This document shows, piece by piece, positions 36,313 to 45,747 of a DNA stretch of 64,000 nt. Source of the stretch: Pseudomonadota bacterium. GTDB taxonomy: Bacteria; Pseudomonadota; Alphaproteobacteria; Sphingomonadales; CAKZYD01. The notes beneath the pieces were generated by a model. The model saw only the letters and a program-made list of their open reading frames with translations, searched no databases and was not told the DNA's origin. The first letter of the stretch is position 1. Every line of letters starts with the position of its first letter. The DNA lies in assembly GCA_039814715.1 (NCBI GenBank), contig JBCCAR010000003.1, positions 23,250 to 87,249 on the forward strand, in the 5' to 3' direction. The translations under genes and the position numbers were made by a program.

Positions 36313-37008
36313 CTAGCCACGATCTGTCATTGACAGATCAAGAAGCATCTCTGCATGCGCTAAGTCATTTATAGTCACACAGTGGGCGTTGCTTTGCGTT
36401 ATAAAACGCTCGTTCTTAAGCCGAGAGACAGTGCGCGATATTGTCTCCATCGTCAGGCCTAAAAAATCTGCCATATCCTGGCGTGTCATAGGGATGTCAA
36501 TATTGACCGGTTCCTTCAGTCCTTGCCGGTGCATTAAATGCACAAATAAAAACATGAGCCTTTGCCGGGCATCCATGCGTCCAAGGACGCAGATCTGGTC
36601 TAGTGCATAGGCTAGAATACGGTTGGTAACTTGCTTAAGCGCATGATCAATGGATACGCGCTCGCGCGCCAGGGCGTCGATCTCGTTGATGGGGAAACGG
36701 GTGAGGGTGGCTTCTTTGAGGGCCACCGCGCTAACCAAATGACGCCCTGACACTTCAATGCCAATAAAATCACCAGGATAGACAAAGGCAAGCACCTGCC
36801 GCCGTCCATCCATCGATAGCCGCTCAAGCATCAGGACGCCGGTATTTAACGTATAAGCGTATTTACACGGCGTCCCTTCCTCATAAAGCGTTGCAGATTT
36901 GGCCAAGGCTGCCGGCTTGCCGAGCGCTGCAAACGCATTCGCATCGTCGTCTCCCAGCAGACTGAGCAGTCTGCTGGGGGCACTCACGCGGGAGACTTCT
37001 ATCGACAT
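36313..37008 (-). CDS. Crp/Fnr-family transcriptional regulator
   Basis: 231 aa. cNMP-binding-like beta-roll (LYEEGTPCKYAYTLNTGVLMLERLSMDGRRQVLAFVYPGDFIG) and a C-terminal HTH (TRQDMADFLGLTMETISRTVSRL). There is no N-terminal Cys cluster, so it is not a classical Fnr. Confidence 0.8.
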   Translation of the reverse strand: MSIEVSRVSAPSRLLSLLGDDDANAFAALGKPAALAKSATLYEEGTPCKYAYTLNTGVLMLERLSMDGRRQVLAFVYPGDFIGIEVSGRHLVSAVALKEATLTRFPINEIDALARERVSIDHALKQVTNRILAYALDQICVLGRMDARQRLMFLFVHLMHRQGLKEPVNIDIPMTRQDMADFLGLTMETISRTVSRLKNERFITQSNAHCVTINDLAHAEMLLDLSMTDRG

Positions 37009-37023
37009 GCCTGCAGCTGATCC

Positions 37024-38589
37024 TTATGCGGCGAGCGCCGCTAATGCGTTGGTGCGGTCTTGAAAGTCATAATACACAATCTTTGCATCCCCGTAGGTCT
37101 TTTGCACGTCTTGGCGATCTTTTGCCCAATCAGGGAGCGCAACAATCACCTTTCCTGGATGTGCTAAAACCGTGCTTAAAAGGGCATCGGCTTGGGCCGC
37201 AGCACTTTGGCCCGCTTGCCACCCACGCAGCAGGGCGCGGGTTTTGACATGCAAATCATAGGCATCTAGCAGGTGTTCTCCTGGAATGCCGCATTGTGGC
37301 TCGGTGGTCTGCCAGGGCCAGAAGACAAGCGCGCTGCGCGCCGCCAGGAAGGCGGTTGCGAGATGGCCGCCGCTAGGCGTGGGCGTTAAGTCTGGCACAT
37401 AGGCGCCGGTATAGGCTGCCGCGTCTTTAGCCGGTAGGAGCGGATCGACCAAGATCAGTCTTGCGCCAGGATGCCGGCCCAGAAGGGGCGGTAGGTGCGC
37501 AAAGCCAAGTCCCATCGATAAAATCGTCTGAATGCCCGTGGTCTCAGGCCAATCGCCATCGGCGCCTGACAGGCCGTGGCCCGGCGGGTTAATCGCTAAA
37601 GCTGGCCCGGGCAAAGCATCCAAGACAAGCTGATCGCACAGCCATTCAGAACCAGCATCCGGCATAGCGAGCAAGGTTGGCTGCTGGCCAGGCTGTGAGT
37701 GAAAGGTTGTCAAACCGCCTTCAATGCGTCTCTTGCCCGTTTGCTGCAGTGCTGCGCGGTCCCAGCTTGTATCCCCCTGACCTCCTTGCAGTTTGGTTAG
37801 GGCGGCATCCAGCAACGGTTCCATCGTATCAAAGCGTTCGACGTGGGTGTCGCCTCTGCTTTCCAGCCGCCCAATATCGACCCAAAGCGGGTCTGATTTC
37901 ACCGCGGTGATCAGGGTTTTGACGGCCAGCTGGTCCACATAGTCCTTGCCCACCATAGCAAGCGCGGCGCCGTAGCCTCGGCGGTAGTTATCTTCGGCAG
38001 CAAGGAAATCCATGCATGCAACGTGAACATCTGCCGCAGGGCGAATGCCAAAGACCATACGCGCTGCTTCCTTGCGATTGTACCAAGGGAAAAACAGCGT
38101 CTGCTCGCGCATGCGCCACCATAATTGCATCAGATGGCGCGCATCATGGCTAGGCTCAAATGGTGGGAGATAGTTGTTTGCAAAATCGTCGCGGTCGGCC
38201 TGCGTATTAATCAACAAGCCGTTTAGGACAATACTGGCCACCTTCTCGGGGTGATGTACAGCGAGCGCAAGGCCAATTTTTGCGCCGGTATGATGGCCAT
38301 AAATTGGCACGCTAGAAAGGCCTAGGGCTTCAATCAAAGCCGCCGTAGCATCGCCGAAATCATCGATAGTGGGTGCGTCGATCGGCAGCGGATCAGATAG
38401 CCCATAGCCCGGGTGATCGGGCACGATACATGTAAAATATGCGCCCCAAGCCTGCATCAGGCCTTCGAGTTCTTCGGACGTGCGCGGGCTTTGATGCAAC
38501 AGCAAGGCAGGCGGCCCATCGCCGCAGATACGCATATGGACATGGCGGCCTTCGACCAGGATAATTTTACGCTCGATGGATGTGGTCAA
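37024..38589 (-). CDS. Alpha/beta-fold hydrolase with a second, degenerate alpha/beta-like C-terminal half
   Basis: The N-terminal half has the HQSPRTS oxyanion region, PDHPGYGLSD, and the elbow IYGHHTGAKIG. The C-terminal half repeats a PPGHGLSG-type element. Confidence 0.65.
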   Translation of the reverse strand: MTTSIERKIILVEGRHVHMRICGDGPPALLLHQSPRTSEELEGLMQAWGAYFTCIVPDHPGYGLSDPLPIDAPTIDDFGDATAALIEALGLSSVPIYGHHTGAKIGLALAVHHPEKVASIVLNGLLINTQADRDDFANNYLPPFEPSHDARHLMQLWWRMREQTLFFPWYNRKEAARMVFGIRPAADVHVACMDFLAAEDNYRRGYGAALAMVGKDYVDQLAVKTLITAVKSDPLWVDIGRLESRGDTHVERFDTMEPLLDAALTKLQGGQGDTSWDRAALQQTGKRRIEGGLTTFHSQPGQQPTLLAMPDAGSEWLCDQLVLDALPGPALAINPPGHGLSGADGDWPETTGIQTILSMGLGFAHLPPLLGRHPGARLILVDPLLPAKDAAAYTGAYVPDLTPTPSGGHLATAFLAARSALVFWPWQTTEPQCGIPGEHLLDAYDLHVKTRALLRGWQAGQSAAAQADALLSTVLAHPGKVIVALPDWAKDRQDVQKTYGDAKIVYYDFQDRTNALAALAA

Positions 38590-38612
38590 CGGGGGCTCCT
38601 TTTAAGGCCGCG

Positions 38613-39875
38613 TCAGAGGTGCCAGGTGATGAGGCCTGGGAAGAGTGTCATCACTGCCACGAAGGCCGCAATGATCAAAAAGAAGGGCAGGGACGCGCGG
38701 GCAATGCGTGCAATGCTCTCGCCCGTCATTTCCTGCACGATGAAGAGATTGAAGCCCACCGGCGGCGTGATCTGCGACATCTCAACCACGATCACGATGA
38801 AGATGCCAAACCAGACAGGGTCGAACCCAGCATTCTGTACCAGCGGCAGCGCGATAGGCAGCGTCATGACAATGATCGAGAGACCATCCATCACCATGCC
38901 AAGGGCCACGTAGAACACTAAGAGCAGGGCAATCAGCGCAATGGGAGACAGGCCTAAGCCACTAATCATATCAGCCGCCGCTTGCGGCAACTGAAAAATC
39001 GCTACGACTTTGGACAAAAAGAAAGCGCCCGCCACGATCAGCCCGATCATGGCGCAGGTGCGCACCGTGCCCATCAATGCGTCCTTTAGACTGGATAGGC
39101 TAGCGCTGCGCTGGATGATGGTAATGACGAGAGCGCCAAAGACGCCGACCGCTGCAGCCTCCGTTGGCCCTGCAATGCCCGCATACATGCTGCCGATCAC
39201 GACCGCGATGAGGCCAAAGACTGGGCCAAGCAAGGCGAGCCCTTTCAGACGCTCAGCCCAGCTTGCAGAGCCGCCTGGCTGGCGTCCTGCTGCGATAGCG
39301 ATGTACACCATGTAGGATAGCGCAAGCACGAGGCCGGGCACGATGCCAGCGACGAAAAGATCGATGATGGAGGTATCAGCGAGGACCCCATAAATGATCA
39401 AAATGATGCTTGGTGGAATGAGAAAACCAAGCGTGCCTGCGCCGCACAAGGAGCCAAGCGCGAGATCACGGCTATAGCCCCGGCTTTCCAGCTGCTTGAG
39501 CGTAATGCGGCCCACTGTTGCCGTGGTAGCGGCTGAGGAGCCTGACACAGCGGCGAACAGCGTGCAGGCAACAACATTGGTGTGAATGAGGCCGCCGCGC
39601 AGCCCGCTGAGCCAGGGCCTTAACCCTTCAAACAGAGCGTCCGCGAGCTTGGTGCGATAGAGGAGTTCGCCCATTAAGATAAACAACGGCAGCGCAGCGA
39701 GCTCCGGGGCATTTAAAGACCGCCACATGTCGCCCGCCAAAAATGCACCGACGTCGCTGTCTCTGAACAGACTGAGGGACCCAGCGCCAACGGCGAGCAA
39801 GGCCATGCCAATCCAAAAGCCTGCTCCGAGCAGCACAATGAACAAGAACACCATCGTGGAGACAATGGCGATCAA
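38613..39875 (-). CDS. dctM: TRAP transporter large permease (DctM family)
   Basis: Highly hydrophobic DctM-like sequence. The tracked ORF (to 40031) overlaps dctQ. I trimmed it to a TTG at 39875, which overlaps the dctQ stop (TTGA). ATG 39854 is the alternative. Confidence 0.8.
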   Translation of the reverse strand: MIAIVSTMVFLFIVLLGAGFWIGMALLAVGAGSLSLFRDSDVGAFLAGDMWRSLNAPELAALPLFILMGELLYRTKLADALFEGLRPWLSGLRGGLIHTNVVACTLFAAVSGSSAATTATVGRITLKQLESRGYSRDLALGSLCGAGTLGFLIPPSIILIIYGVLADTSIIDLFVAGIVPGLVLALSYMVYIAIAAGRQPGGSASWAERLKGLALLGPVFGLIAVVIGSMYAGIAGPTEAAAVGVFGALVITIIQRSASLSSLKDALMGTVRTCAMIGLIVAGAFFLSKVVAIFQLPQAAADMISGLGLSPIALIALLLVFYVALGMVMDGLSIIVMTLPIALPLVQNAGFDPVWFGIFIVIVVEMSQITPPVGFNLFIVQEMTGESIARIARASLPFFLIIAAFVAVMTLFPGLITWHL

Positions 39876-40381
39876 AGTGCTTGCTCTTCTTGCGCGCGCC
39901 CGCCGCTGTGCAACCGCAAAATGCGCGCGAGGCATGCCAGGCATAACGTGGTTGGCCCAATCGCCATGAGCAATTGCGGGTAAGCAAGCGGGGTTTGGGA
40001 GGGGAAATAAGACACTGTCCCCTGCGTCCATGTGGTCAGTCCGAAGCGCCAGAGGGCGGCTGCGAAGAAACCACTGACGATGAAGCCAAGAATGGATGTC
40101 GCCATATCAGTGTGCGGCCTGAAGCGCTGCGGTATGCGGCTGTGCAGCAGCAGCACCTGAATATGCGCCCCTTCCTTCATCGCCCAGCCAAGCCCGGTGA
40201 GCATGGAGAGGATAACAAGATAGCCAGCATATTCAGTCGCGAAAGGGATCGAATAGCTCAAGATGTTCCGGCAAATGATCTCCACCATTGCCAGGGTTGC
40301 AAGGGCAGCGATGTAGAATGCTGTCAAAGCGCCTGATGCATCGCAGATATGGTCAATTGCCTTGCAAATTCGGACGATCAT
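39872..40381 (-). CDS. dctQ: TRAP transporter small permease (DctQ family)
   Basis: The start is trimmed to MIVRICKAIDHICD (ATG 40381), which abuts the dctP stop. Four TM helices. Confidence 0.75.
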   Translation of the reverse strand: MIVRICKAIDHICDASGALTAFYIAALATLAMVEIICRNILSYSIPFATEYAGYLVILSMLTGLGWAMKEGAHIQVLLLHSRIPQRFRPHTDMATSILGFIVSGFFAAALWRFGLTTWTQGTVSYFPSQTPLAYPQLLMAIGPTTLCLACLARILRLHSGGRAQEEQAL

Positions 40382-41385
40382 GGCGCCGCATTCAAAGAGG
40401 GGCGCTCTGTGACGGCTAGATAGGGCTCTAATATCGCGTCGGTGCCGCGGACCGTGTCTGCAAAATCTTGCCACATGGGCCGCGCAACGGCGCGCATTTC
40501 TTCCATCATGATAGCGCTCGGCTTGATAATGGCCATGCCGTTCTCTTTTAGGATTTCGCGCGTGCGCGCATCATCTGCTTTTGCAATAGCCCAGAATTCT
40601 GGTTCTAGCCGGCGTGCTAGCGCTTCTAGAGCGGCTTGGTCTTCTTTACTCAAAGCGTCCCAAGCCACGTTTGAGACAACCATCATATTGGAGGCCCAAT
40701 TGTGATTTGTGGCATAGGCCGTGTCGAGAAATTCCCAATATTTTTGCGCCACTCCCGTCGTTGCGGAGGTCATGGTCGCGTCAATCGCGCCGCTGGCAAG
40801 TGCGGGCACAACGTCGGGCGAAGGCATTTGAATCGGTGTGAAACCAAGGCGCTCCATAAAGTCAGTTGTGTTTTTGTCTAAGGTGCGCACTTTCAGACCC
40901 TTAAAGCCAGCTATACTGTCTGCGCGCTGCCGGGTGTAGAGATATTGGTTTGGCCACGGCACCAAATACAGCAGCTTCAAATCGTGCCGCGCGAATGCTG
41001 CTTCCACATCTGGTCGTAGGAAATCGCGATACAGCAGATATAGCTCCTCTAAATCGTCCACCAGAAAAGGCAGGGCCTCCAGGCCAAGGATGGGCTCCGA
41101 GCCGGTTTGTTGAAACCCCGCCATTTCCGCCATGGCGACAACATTATTGCCGAGCGCGCGCAGGCTATCTGGCCCTTTAATGCCCAGAACGGCTCCAGGA
41201 TGAACCGTGATTTGAACGCGGCCTTGCGTCACTGTGGCAGCCTCGTCTGCAAAGCGCATGGCGTTCGTTGTGTGATATTCCGCCAGGGACCACGGCAAGG
41301 ACATGTCCCAATGGCGCGGGGCCTGCGTGCCGATCTTGCTCAGGGATAGGGTGATGAAAGCTGTTGCTGCAAGCATTGCGAGCAC
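40378..41385 (-). CDS. dctP: TRAP transporter solute-binding protein (DctP family)
   Basis: 335 aa with a GTG start, an N-terminal hydrophobic signal, and DctP-like body motifs (LKVRTL...MPS.DV..AL..G.ID). Confidence 0.75.
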   Translation of the reverse strand: MLAMLAATAFITLSLSKIGTQAPRHWDMSLPWSLAEYHTTNAMRFADEAATVTQGRVQITVHPGAVLGIKGPDSLRALGNNVVAMAEMAGFQQTGSEPILGLEALPFLVDDLEELYLLYRDFLRPDVEAAFARHDLKLLYLVPWPNQYLYTRQRADSIAGFKGLKVRTLDKNTTDFMERLGFTPIQMPSPDVVPALASGAIDATMTSATTGVAQKYWEFLDTAYATNHNWASNMMVVSNVAWDALSKEDQAALEALARRLEPEFWAIAKADDARTREILKENGMAIIKPSAIMMEEMRAVARPMWQDFADTVRGTDAILEPYLAVTERPSLNAAP

Positions 41386-41447
41386 GATGATGTAGTCACG
41401 CAGCGTGAATGTGCGGTCCTGCTGGCCTGCGGGAGATGAGGAAGTCG

Positions 41448-42506
41448 TCAGGGCGTCTCCTCCACGACTTCAAACACGTTGACCAGCGCGCCATCCGGCG
41501 ATTTGGCAGTGAACATGCGCACGTCGCCATAGGGCGCAAGCGTGAACGTCCGCAGCGCGTATTGCGGCAAACCGCCAGAGTCTAAGAAAAGATTGAAAGC
41601 GAGTTTGGCATTGAGCACGGGGTAGCTGACAGACAAAATCCCTAGATTTGGCGGCACGGCACGTGCACCGAAGTGGCGGCCATCCAAACCAACGAATTCC
41701 ATGATTTCTAGGCGCCCGGTTTCCCCTGGCTGCGGCCACAATATCCGCGTGCGCCGCGGTGTTTGGGTGCTCATATTGGTTGGCAGACCGAAGTTGTTAT
41801 ACACCGGCAGAGGATCAAGAAAATCATCTGACCAGAAGGCCGTCATGCCCAGCTCTTCTCGGTAAAAAGAGTAGGCTTGGCTAGTGCGCTCCACCATTTG
41901 CATGGCATTGAATGGCTGGCTGAGGACACTGAAGTCCCAAAAATCAGAGAGCGGCGGGGACATGCGTTCATAGAGCGCGAAGTTAATGCCGTCTGGCGCT
42001 TTGATCACAACATTGCGCAAGTCCGATGGTGGATTGCCGTCTGTAGGTTCGAAGGAAAAGCGGATCGGTTCGCTTTCTGCTTGAAAGCCAAGCGCGATGG
42101 CTTGGCGGAAAATATCTTCAACGCCCTTGGCGCGCATCATTAGTGAAAAATAGCCGCCTGGGTCCCAAGCGCGGGCGCCGATGCGAACCGGCCTTTGGTC
42201 TACACCCGCAAATTTAACGAGCCGGATATAGCCATGATCTGAGCCAGGTTCGCGCAAGAGAACGAAGGTCGCGCTGGCGGTGTTTGGCAGGCGCCAGTAC
42301 TCGAGCTGGCCTCGGCCAACATCGCCTTCGTCCACCAGCTCATATTTCCCGACATCAACGAGAAACGTTCTGATGGGATCGAAGCTGCGCACTGATATGG
42401 TTGCTTCCTGCCAAGGAGCCTTCAAGATCTTGGGTGCAAGCGAGTCAGACTGCGCAGCAGCGGCGTGCGCAAAGAGCCAAATTACGAGGACCTGTAGCCA
42501 CCTCAC
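41448..42506 (-). CDS. Exported two-domain VOC-like (glyoxalase/dioxygenase fold) protein, function unknown
   Basis: Signal peptide MRWLQVLVIWLFAHAAAAQS. The domain pattern parallels the upstream VOC-like paralogue. The start overlaps the upstream stop by 4 nt. Confidence 0.45.
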   Translation of the reverse strand: MRWLQVLVIWLFAHAAAAQSDSLAPKILKAPWQEATISVRSFDPIRTFLVDVGKYELVDEGDVGRGQLEYWRLPNTASATFVLLREPGSDHGYIRLVKFAGVDQRPVRIGARAWDPGGYFSLMMRAKGVEDIFRQAIALGFQAESEPIRFSFEPTDGNPPSDLRNVVIKAPDGINFALYERMSPPLSDFWDFSVLSQPFNAMQMVERTSQAYSFYREELGMTAFWSDDFLDPLPVYNNFGLPTNMSTQTPRRTRILWPQPGETGRLEIMEFVGLDGRHFGARAVPPNLGILSVSYPVLNAKLAFNLFLDSGGLPQYALRTFTLAPYGDVRMFTAKSPDGALVNVFEVVEETP

Positions 42507-43408
42507 GACAGTTCAATAACCTCAAGCAGTTCTCCGGCCGCGCCCTTGTAAAAGGCTGCGGGGCGCCCGTTATAGGGCGCTTCGCTGCGAACGAAAATCT
42601 CGCTGACGGGTTTGGCGGCGACCTTCTCTAAGCTCTCGGTCATGAACGTAATGAAGGAAACGCCTGGTGGGAGTTCGCCCGGCGCTGTTGGGCGTTCAAC
42701 CGTACCTTCCGGGTATTGATCCACCTCGTTGTTGAGGACGTCGCCTTTTTGCGTCATGGCGAAGGTGTAAATCGTATCCATTGGTTTGCCAAACGCTTTG
42801 GAAATGACGGTGTAAGGGGATTCGTAAACGTCCCCTTTTTCCCAACCAAAAGCATCGACGTAAAATTGGATGGCTGCGTCCATGTCAGGCGTGGCGAGTG
42901 GCGTGATAAAAATATGGTCCACATAGCTTTGCGCGAGCGGCAGATACATGCCTGGCGGGGATGAGTTCACTTGGTTGAGATAGAGGACCTCGCCCGAAGC
43001 CCCGATAACTTGCATGGGAATGAACGCATCTGAAAATTCAAGTTCCCGCGGCGGGCCATACATCTCAAAGGGCGAACCGTCCGCTTCAAGCTCCTTTGCG
43101 AGCTTCCAGACATCTTCCACCGTGATCTCAAGAGAGGCCCAGCCATAGCTGCGCAGCGGTAAATAGTCTTCAGGAACGGTGCCCTCGATCAGCCGGATGA
43201 AAATGGGCGTGCCTGAGGCAGGAGCGAGGGTTGCATAACGCTTGCCCTCCTGTGCCGGCGCGCCCATCGCGGTAGCCCATGCAGCATCGATCACCCCTTC
43301 ATTCACCGGGCGGTATTGAAGGTAGGTATCATAGGTCGCCAGCGCGCTATCTATATCGGGTGTCAATACACTCCCGGCTTTAATCCGGCCTTCGACGTCA
43401 ATGCTCAT
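42503..43408 (-). CDS. VOC-family (glyoxalase/bleomycin-resistance/dioxygenase fold) protein, cytoplasmic
   Basis: The start is trimmed to ATG 43408 (MSIDVEGRIK), preceded by AGGAAG. It has two beta-alpha-beta-beta-beta-like modules (HIFITPLATPDMDAAIQFYVDAFGW). Confidence 0.5.
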   Translation of the reverse strand: MSIDVEGRIKAGSVLTPDIDSALATYDTYLQYRPVNEGVIDAAWATAMGAPAQEGKRYATLAPASGTPIFIRLIEGTVPEDYLPLRSYGWASLEITVEDVWKLAKELEADGSPFEMYGPPRELEFSDAFIPMQVIGASGEVLYLNQVNSSPPGMYLPLAQSYVDHIFITPLATPDMDAAIQFYVDAFGWEKGDVYESPYTVISKAFGKPMDTIYTFAMTQKGDVLNNEVDQYPEGTVERPTAPGELPPGVSFITFMTESLEKVAAKPVSEIFVRSEAPYNGRPAAFYKGAAGELLEVIELS

Positions 43409-43579
43409 GGAGCTTCCTTTTTCGTGCGTGCGGCTCAGGGCGAACTGAACCGACCTATTGTGCGCCACCTTTGACAAAAAGTGTGGTTATCAAATTTGTT
43501 CCGGCACCATATAGCTGCCATAAGTCAAAACAACAGGGCATTCATAGGCCTTTGGTACAGAATTGAGGATCGTCAAATT

Positions 43580-44266
43580 ATGTCGGACATCGTCGGAACC
43601 CATATGGTGCAATCTCCCAAAACAGCGCGCGAGTTGTTTGAGGAAGTTATGGCTAACCCAGCGCGCGCGCGCTTTGGCTTTGGCGAGAAACTGGCCATCG
43701 TCAATGTGGACATCCAGAAATCCTATACCAAGCTCGACGAATTCAAGACGGCCTATGAGACCGATCCCAAGCAAATTGATTATGTGAACCAGATTTCTGA
43801 CTTGGCCCGAGCCAAGGGCATGCCCGTTGTGTGGACGCGCGTGGCTTATGTTAAAGATGGGTCTGACGCTGGCATTTGGGGCACGCGCACGAACACGCCC
43901 GATAGCCTGCAAAACATCAAATATGGATCGCGACGGCATGAGTTTGATGACCGCTGCAAGCCCAATCATGACGATGACTATTTTTACGATAAGCGCATGC
44001 CGTCAGCGTTCTTTGAGACGCCGCTGCAAAGCCTGCTCGTATGGCACAAAGTGGATACAGTCGTTGTTACTGGCGGCTCCACGTCTGGCTGCGTTCGCGC
44101 CACAGCCGTTGATGCGCTTAGCCGCGGCTATAGGACAATTGTTCCCGTTGAAACTTGCGCTGATAAGCATGAAAGCTATCACTTTGCCAATTTGACGGAC
44201 TTGCAGCTCAAATACGCAGATGTGGTCGCGGTTCAGGAAGTATGCGATTGGTTGGAAGCACGTTGA
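43580..44266 (+). CDS. Isochorismatase-family hydrolase (N-carbamoylsarcosine amidase-like)
   Basis: Catalytic triad context is visible: IVNVD (Asp), DKRMPSAFF (Lys), TGGSTSGCVRATAVDA (Cys). The start is trimmed to ATG 43580. Confidence 0.75.
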   Translation: MSDIVGTHMVQSPKTARELFEEVMANPARARFGFGEKLAIVNVDIQKSYTKLDEFKTAYETDPKQIDYVNQISDLARAKGMPVVWTRVAYVKDGSDAGIWGTRTNTPDSLQNIKYGSRRHEFDDRCKPNHDDDYFYDKRMPSAFFETPLQSLLVWHKVDTVVVTGGSTSGCVRATAVDALSRGYRTIVPVETCADKHESYHFANLTDLQLKYADVVAVQEVCDWLEAR

Positions 44267-44303
44267 TCACATTTTGATCGAAGAAAGACTTAGCAAGGCT
44301 CAT

Positions 44304-45734
44304 ATGTCCGTCATTAAAATCAAAAATCCACGCACCGGCGACCATGACTATGAGATCATGCCGCCAAGCGAAAAAGAGCTGAAGGCTGTCGCTGGTCGTT
44401 TGCGCGAGGCGCAGCCGGCTTGGCATGCAATGGGCCCTGAAAAACGCGGCGCAGTGTTGCTGAAATTTGCTGATGCCATTGCGCGGCACCGCGAAGAGCT
44501 GGTTGCATGTTTGGCGAACGATACCGGCCGTCACTTTATTAGCGCTATTGAGGTTGATGGCAGTATTGGCGCAATCAAACGCTGGGCTGCAGCAGCGCGG
44601 GGTTTGATTGAAGGCGCGAAAGAGACTGGCCAGTCTGCTGCCATGCCGCACCTGGCGTTTAAAACCAATGTGCGGCCATATGCATTGGTTGGCTGTATTT
44701 CGCCATGGAATTTCCCGCTGACGCTCAGCCTGATCGATGCGATCCCGGCGCTCATGGCAGGCTGCGCCGTCTTATTAAAGCCCTCTGAAGTGACATCACG
44801 TTTTGCTGCGCCGCTACAAGGGGCGCTAACGGAGGTACCCGAGCTAGAGGCGGTCTTTGACATCGTATTGGGCGGCGGAGAAACGGGCGCGCAGCTTGTC
44901 ACGTCTGTTGACGCAGTGTGCTTTACCGGGTCCGTGGCGACCGGCCGCAAGGTCGGCGCGGCAGCGGCAGCGGCCTTTATTCCAGCCTTTTTGGAACTGG
45001 GCGGAAAAGACCCTGCGATCGTCTTGCCATCGGCCGATATTGACCGCGCAACCACAGCGCTTTTGCGCGGCTCAATCGCCAATACAGGCCAGGCCTGTCA
45101 GTCCATAGAGCGGATTTATGTTCACGCCGATATCGCCGATGCTTTTGAAGCGCAGCTGGTTGAGAAAGCCAATGCGGTCACGCTGAACACCCAGGATATG
45201 AGCCATGGCCAAATCGGTCCGTTTATTTTTGACCAGCAGGCAGAGATCGTAGAAGCGCAAATCGAAGACGCTAAAGCTAAAGGCGCGCGGGTTCTTGCTG
45301 GCGGCGCGCTTGAAGACCATGGCGGCAAGTGGCTGCGTCCGACTGTGCTCGCGGATGTGACGCCTGATATGGCTTTGATGACGCAAGAGACCTTTGGGCC
45401 CGTGCTGCCGCTTACTCGGTTTGACGATTTAGAAGCGGCGATTTCGATGGCCAACGAAAGTGCCTATGGTCTGTCTGCCGCTGTTTTCGCGGGCACCGCT
45501 GAAGAAGCGCAAGAGGTTGCTGCGCGCCTCGATGTCGGCGCGGTTTCTATCAACGATGCCTCTCTCACCTCGATGATGCATGAGGCGGAAAAAAATAGCT
45601 TTAAACTTTCCGGCCTTGGCGCAAGCCGTATGGGCGCATCGGGCTTGACCCGGTTTTTGCGCAAGCAGGCCATTTTGATTAATGAAGGCGCAGTCACCCC
45701 GATCGCTGCGTTTGATGAAGCCAACGCAGGCTAA
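44304..45734 (+). CDS. NAD(P)-dependent aldehyde dehydrogenase
   Basis: ALDH motifs FTGSVATGRKV, ELGGKDPAIV and the catalytic Cys context NTGQACQSIERIYV. The start is trimmed to ATG 44304 (MSVIKIKNPRTGD). Confidence 0.85.
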   Translation: MSVIKIKNPRTGDHDYEIMPPSEKELKAVAGRLREAQPAWHAMGPEKRGAVLLKFADAIARHREELVACLANDTGRHFISAIEVDGSIGAIKRWAAAARGLIEGAKETGQSAAMPHLAFKTNVRPYALVGCISPWNFPLTLSLIDAIPALMAGCAVLLKPSEVTSRFAAPLQGALTEVPELEAVFDIVLGGGETGAQLVTSVDAVCFTGSVATGRKVGAAAAAAFIPAFLELGGKDPAIVLPSADIDRATTALLRGSIANTGQACQSIERIYVHADIADAFEAQLVEKANAVTLNTQDMSHGQIGPFIFDQQAEIVEAQIEDAKAKGARVLAGGALEDHGGKWLRPTVLADVTPDMALMTQETFGPVLPLTRFDDLEAAISMANESAYGLSAAVFAGTAEEAQEVAARLDVGAVSINDASLTSMMHEAEKNSFKLSGLGASRMGASGLTRFLRKQAILINEGAVTPIAAFDEANAG

Positions 45735-45747
45735 TTGGAGATATCGC

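Noticed and set aside
39876-40474. Extended N-termini of the dctM (to 40031) and dctQ (to 40474) ORFs, which overlap their upstream genes by 100-160 nt.
   Set aside because: The extensions are Arg-rich and non-hydrophobic, unlike TRAP permease N-termini. Downstream starts (TTG 39875 or ATG 39854 for dctM; ATG 40381 for dctQ) abut the upstream stop codons, as expected for a coupled dctPQM operon.
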